Assembly (NCBI GenBank): GCA_963795085.1
Contig: CAWCFX010000006.1
Coordinates: 672,001 to 736,000 of the forward strand
DNA from: an uncultured Gemmatimonadales bacterium
GTDB taxonomy: Bacteria; Gemmatimonadota; Gemmatimonadetes; Gemmatimonadales; GWC2-71-9
Length of the DNA stretch: 64,000 bases
Direction: 5' to 3'
The translations under genes and the position numbers were made by a program. Shown piece by piece: positions 61,002 through 64,000 of the stretch; position 1 is the first letter of the stretch; each line of letters opens with the position of its first letter. The notes under the pieces were generated by a model. It worked only from the letters and a program-made list of their open reading frames with translations, ran no database searches and was not told where the DNA came from.

Positions 61002-62465
61002 ATGACGCTCCCTCGTACATTCGGCGACCTCAAGCAGAGTCCCTGGGCCGACGCGCCGCTCCGCGGCCGGAACGTCCGGGATGAACTCCGGGACAACATG
61101 ATCGGGGCCCTGGAAGCGGGCACCGAGCTGTTTCCCGGCATAGTCGGCTACGACGACACCATTCTTCCCCAGCTGGCCAACGCCGTGTTGTCCCGGCACC
61201 ATTTCATCCTGCTCGGACTCCGGGGCCAGGCCAAGAGCCGGATCCTCCGCGAACTGGTGCGGTTCCTGGACGACCGGATCCCCATCGTGGCCGGCTCCGA
61301 GGTCAACGACGATCCCTTCGCGCCGATCTCCAAGTACGCCCGGGAAAGGCTGGCCGAATGCGGCGACGCCACCGCGATCGCGTGGCTGGGGCGGGACCAG
61401 CGCTACGTCGAGAAGCTGGCCACGCCGGACGTGACCATCGCCGATATCCTGGGCGACGTGGACCCGATCAAGGCCGCGCGCGGCGGGCACCTGCTCTCCG
61501 ACGAGCTGACCATGCACTTCGGCCTGCTGCCCCGCGCCAACCGGGGCATCTTCGCCATCAACGAGCTGCCCGACCTGAGCGGCAAGATCCAGGTCGGCCT
61601 GTTCAACATCATGCAGGAAGGCGATGTCCAGATCAAGGGCTACCCGATCCGGCTCAAGCTGGACGTGCTGATGGCGTTTACCGCCAACCCGGAGGACTAT
61701 ACCGCGCGCGGCAAGATCATCACCCCGCTCAAGGACCGGATCGGCTCCGAGATCATGACCCACTACCCCCGCCGGGTCGAGTGGGGCATGGACATCACCC
61801 GGCAGGAGGCGTGGCAGGACCGCCCGGTGGGCGCCGCGGGGCGGCCCCGGATCGTACCCGAGTTCATCGCCGAGCTGGTGGAGCGCATCGCCTTCGAGGC
61901 GCGGGAGGACAAGCGGGTGGACAAGCGCTCCGGGGTGAGCCAGCGGCTGCCCATCAGCGTGCTGGAGAACTCGCTCTCCAACGCGGAGCGGCGCTCGCTG
62001 GTCGCCCGGGAAGACGCGGTGGTCCCGCGGGTGAGCGACGTCTATGCCGCGATCCCGTCCATCACCGGCAAGCTGGAACTGGAATACGAAGGGGAGCTGC
62101 AGGGCGGCGACGCCATCGCGCGGGAACTGATCCGCCGCGCAGCCGGCCGGGTCCTGGACCAGCGGGGAGAAGAGGACAGCTTCGACGAGATCGTGGCCTG
62201 GTTCGATACCGGGGGCGCCCTCAAGATCGCCGGCGACGAGCGCAGCGATGTCTGTCTCAAGGGATTCGGGGTGGTGCCCGGCCTGCTGGAGAGCGCCGCC
62301 CGGCTGGCCGCCGACGGCGGACCCGGCGTCACCGTGTCCGCGTGCGAGCTGATCCTGGAAGGCCTCGCCGCCCACAAGCGCATCAGCCGAAGCGAGGAAC
62401 TGGGCTACAGCCGGGCCCGGCCGGAAAAGCGGGAAGGCGGATACGGGAAAGGATTTCAGATCTAG
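61002..62465 (+). CDS. Magnesium-chelatase-like AAA+ ATPase
   Basis: GLRGQAKS, EKLATPD, RANRGIFAINELPDL, NPEDYT.RG.IITPLKDR. Confidence 0.85.
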   Translation: MTLPRTFGDLKQSPWADAPLRGRNVRDELRDNMIGALEAGTELFPGIVGYDDTILPQLANAVLSRHHFILLGLRGQAKSRILRELVRFLDDRIPIVAGSEVNDDPFAPISKYARERLAECGDATAIAWLGRDQRYVEKLATPDVTIADILGDVDPIKAARGGHLLSDELTMHFGLLPRANRGIFAINELPDLSGKIQVGLFNIMQEGDVQIKGYPIRLKLDVLMAFTANPEDYTARGKIITPLKDRIGSEIMTHYPRRVEWGMDITRQEAWQDRPVGAAGRPRIVPEFIAELVERIAFEAREDKRVDKRSGVSQRLPISVLENSLSNAERRSLVAREDAVVPRVSDVYAAIPSITGKLELEYEGELQGGDAIARELIRRAAGRVLDQRGEEDSFDEIVAWFDTGGALKIAGDERSDVCLKGFGVVPGLLESAARLAADGGPGVTVSACELILEGLAAHKRISRSEELGYSRARPEKREGGYGKGFQI

Positions 62466-62471
62466 GGGAAT

Positions 62472-63089
62472 TCACCATCCCCGCGCCCTGGCCCGGGCCA
62501 CGATCACGCCCGCGGCGCCCTCGAAGCCCAGCGCCCCGGTATTGAGTACCATGTGATAGCTGGCCGGGTCGGCCCAGTCGCGGCCGTAGTACTCCTTGTG
62601 GTAGCGGGCCCGCTGCGCGTCGGTCTCGCTGATCTGTTTCGCGGCGGCCCGGGCGTCGAGCCCGGAGCGCTCTTCCACCACCCGGACCCGGAACGCCACC
62701 GGTGCGACCAGCTGCACGTGCAGCGCGCCCAGGTCGCGGGCCAGCACCGCCACCGCGGCCCGGCCCACCAGCACCACCCGCCCCTGCCCCGCCGCCTCGG
62801 TCACCACCGCTTCGGTCACCTTCACCAGCTCCGCCTCGTCCAGGCTCTCGACCGGCGTCGAGGTCACCAGCGGCACCTCCGGCGAGGCCACCATCGCCAG
62901 CGCCAGCCGCTCCACAAAGGATGGCACCCGCTCCTCCCGGTCCGCCACCTGGTCGGTCGGTTTGCCCACCCGCCGGGCAACCTCCTCGACCAGCTCGTTG
63001 TCCACCACCGACCAGCCCAGCTGCTCGGCGACCATCCGGGCCACCAGCGATCCGCCGGCGCCAAACTGGCGTGAAAGGGTTATCAGCAC
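62472..63089 (-). CDS. Cytidylate kinase-like family protein
   Basis: ITLSRQFGAGG, LVGR, D..RARY..YY...W.DP..YH..LNT; start GTG 63089 or ATG 63119. Confidence 0.88.
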   Translation of the reverse strand: MLITLSRQFGAGGSLVARMVAEQLGWSVVDNELVEEVARRVGKPTDQVADREERVPSFVERLALAMVASPEVPLVTSTPVESLDEAELVKVTEAVVTEAAGQGRVVLVGRAAVAVLARDLGALHVQLVAPVAFRVRVVEERSGLDARAAAKQISETDAQRARYHKEYYGRDWADPASYHMVLNTGALGFEGAAGVIVARARARGW

Positions 63090-63147
63090 TGTCGTCGACC
63101 CTCGGTTCGGGTGTGACATCTGGCGCCAGGAACTGCAACGGCGAAGC

Positions 63148-63918
63148 AAAACTGCAACAGCCTTAACACGAATACAAAACAGCAACAGCAACAGCCGTAA
63201 CACGAAAGCACGAAGTTCCTTAAAACACGAAAAACAAACTTTATTGGTGTGACCGGCCGATCTCATGCCACGGATCAAAAACTGCAACCGCCTTAACACG
63301 AAAACACGAAGTTCCTTAAAACACGACAAACATGACCTTATTGGGTTTACCCGCCGATCTCAATGTCAGACCTAGAAAATGATTTTCTTGTTATTTCGTG
63401 TGATTTCGTGCCTTCGTGTTACGGCTGTTGCTGTTCCCGAAACCGGTACGGCCTGGGACTGACCGGCCCGATCTCAATACCGCAGGCCAAAAACAGCAAC
63501 AGCCGTAACACAAAAACACGAAGTCCAACAAAAGGCACGAAAAACAAACTTTGTTGGGTTGACCGGCTGGATCTCAATCCCACGAGTCAAAACAGCAACA
63601 GCCTGAACACGAAAGCACGAAGTCCCACCAAGGTACGAAAAACAAACTTTGTTGGGTTGACCAGTTGGATCTCAATGCCACACCCACAAGGTGTTATTTC
63701 GTAGTTTTTCTGCTGGTTTTCGTGCTTTCGTGTTCAGGCTGTTGCTGTACCCGAAACCTGTACGCCCTGGGACTGACCGGCCCGATCTCTACCCCACACC
63801 CACAACATATTTCTTCGTAGTTTTTCTGCTGGTCTTCGTGCCTTTGTGTTAAGGCTGTTGCTGTGCCCGAAATCTTCTTCGCTTGGTCTACATGCCTTCG
63901 TGTTAAGGCTTTTGCTGT
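63148..63918. repeat. AT-richer mosaic of ~100-bp repeats in both orientations
   Basis: Core ACAGCAACAGCC..AACACGAAAGCACGAAG in five forward and four reverse copies. Confidence 0.93.
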
Positions 63919-64000
63919 CGGTCACCGACCCCTCTTTTTCCCCTCATGTACCACGCCAGTGCGAGCGCCACCACCATACACACGACTCCTCCGGCGGCAT
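63903..64000 (-). CDS. 3' end of a membrane protein gene (partial)
   Basis: Frame reads AAGGVVCMVVALALAWYMRGKRGVGDRQQKP*; the stop lies inside the last repeat copy. Confidence 0.35.
   Translation of the reverse strand, partial: AAGGVVCMVVALALAWYMRGKRGVGDRQQKP

Noticed and set aside
61002..62465. Photosynthetic bchI
   Set aside because: Motifs match the widespread chelatase-like AAA+ family, and no bch/puf genes are adjacent.
63148..63918. CRISPR array or protein-coding ORFs in the repeat mosaic
   Set aside because: Repeats lie in both orientations with repeated linkers; the ORFs are translations of the repeats with atypical composition.

Overview
GC-rich (roughly 70% by eye), densely coded bacterial chromosomal segment. 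Gene content and order suggest a Gemmatimonadota-like diderm (inference). It is mostly housekeeping: an LPS/envelope block (CgeB-type GT, MsbA-like ABC, PorX-like REC-PglZ regulator, GT9), a long + strand operon (yebC-ruvC-ruvA-small Zn protein-ruvB, queA-tgt-yajC-def-fmt-thiE-thiS-lipoprotein-thiG-rsmB-PASTA-rpe-TlpA-tsaD-lgt), a - strand block (TamA/TamB, DAGK, sigma54 regulator, NlpC/P60, HAD, CYTH, acpS, cytochrome c-FTR1), peptide ABC + dacB, sixA-rpiB, korAB, FNR, pduO-aroB, a sigma70 factor, glcDEF, ygfZ-like and an AAA+ ATPase. The unusual signal is non-coding. (1) A four-helix-bundle (IVP/Avd-like) gene is enclosed by inverted arrays of an 8-nt G-rich repeat (GTGGGWCA)n and fills the space between two convergent stop codons exactly; an orphan array of the same repeat and degenerate relics occur elsewhere. 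(2) A perfect sigma54 promoter with an IHF-like site appears to drive a ~140-nt structured, terminated, ORF-less RNA. (3) Two ~100-bp-unit repeat mosaics share a CACGAAAxCACGAA core. (4) GlcF carries an in-frame (PQF)n expansion. No rRNA, tRNA, CRISPR, transposase or integrase was recognised.
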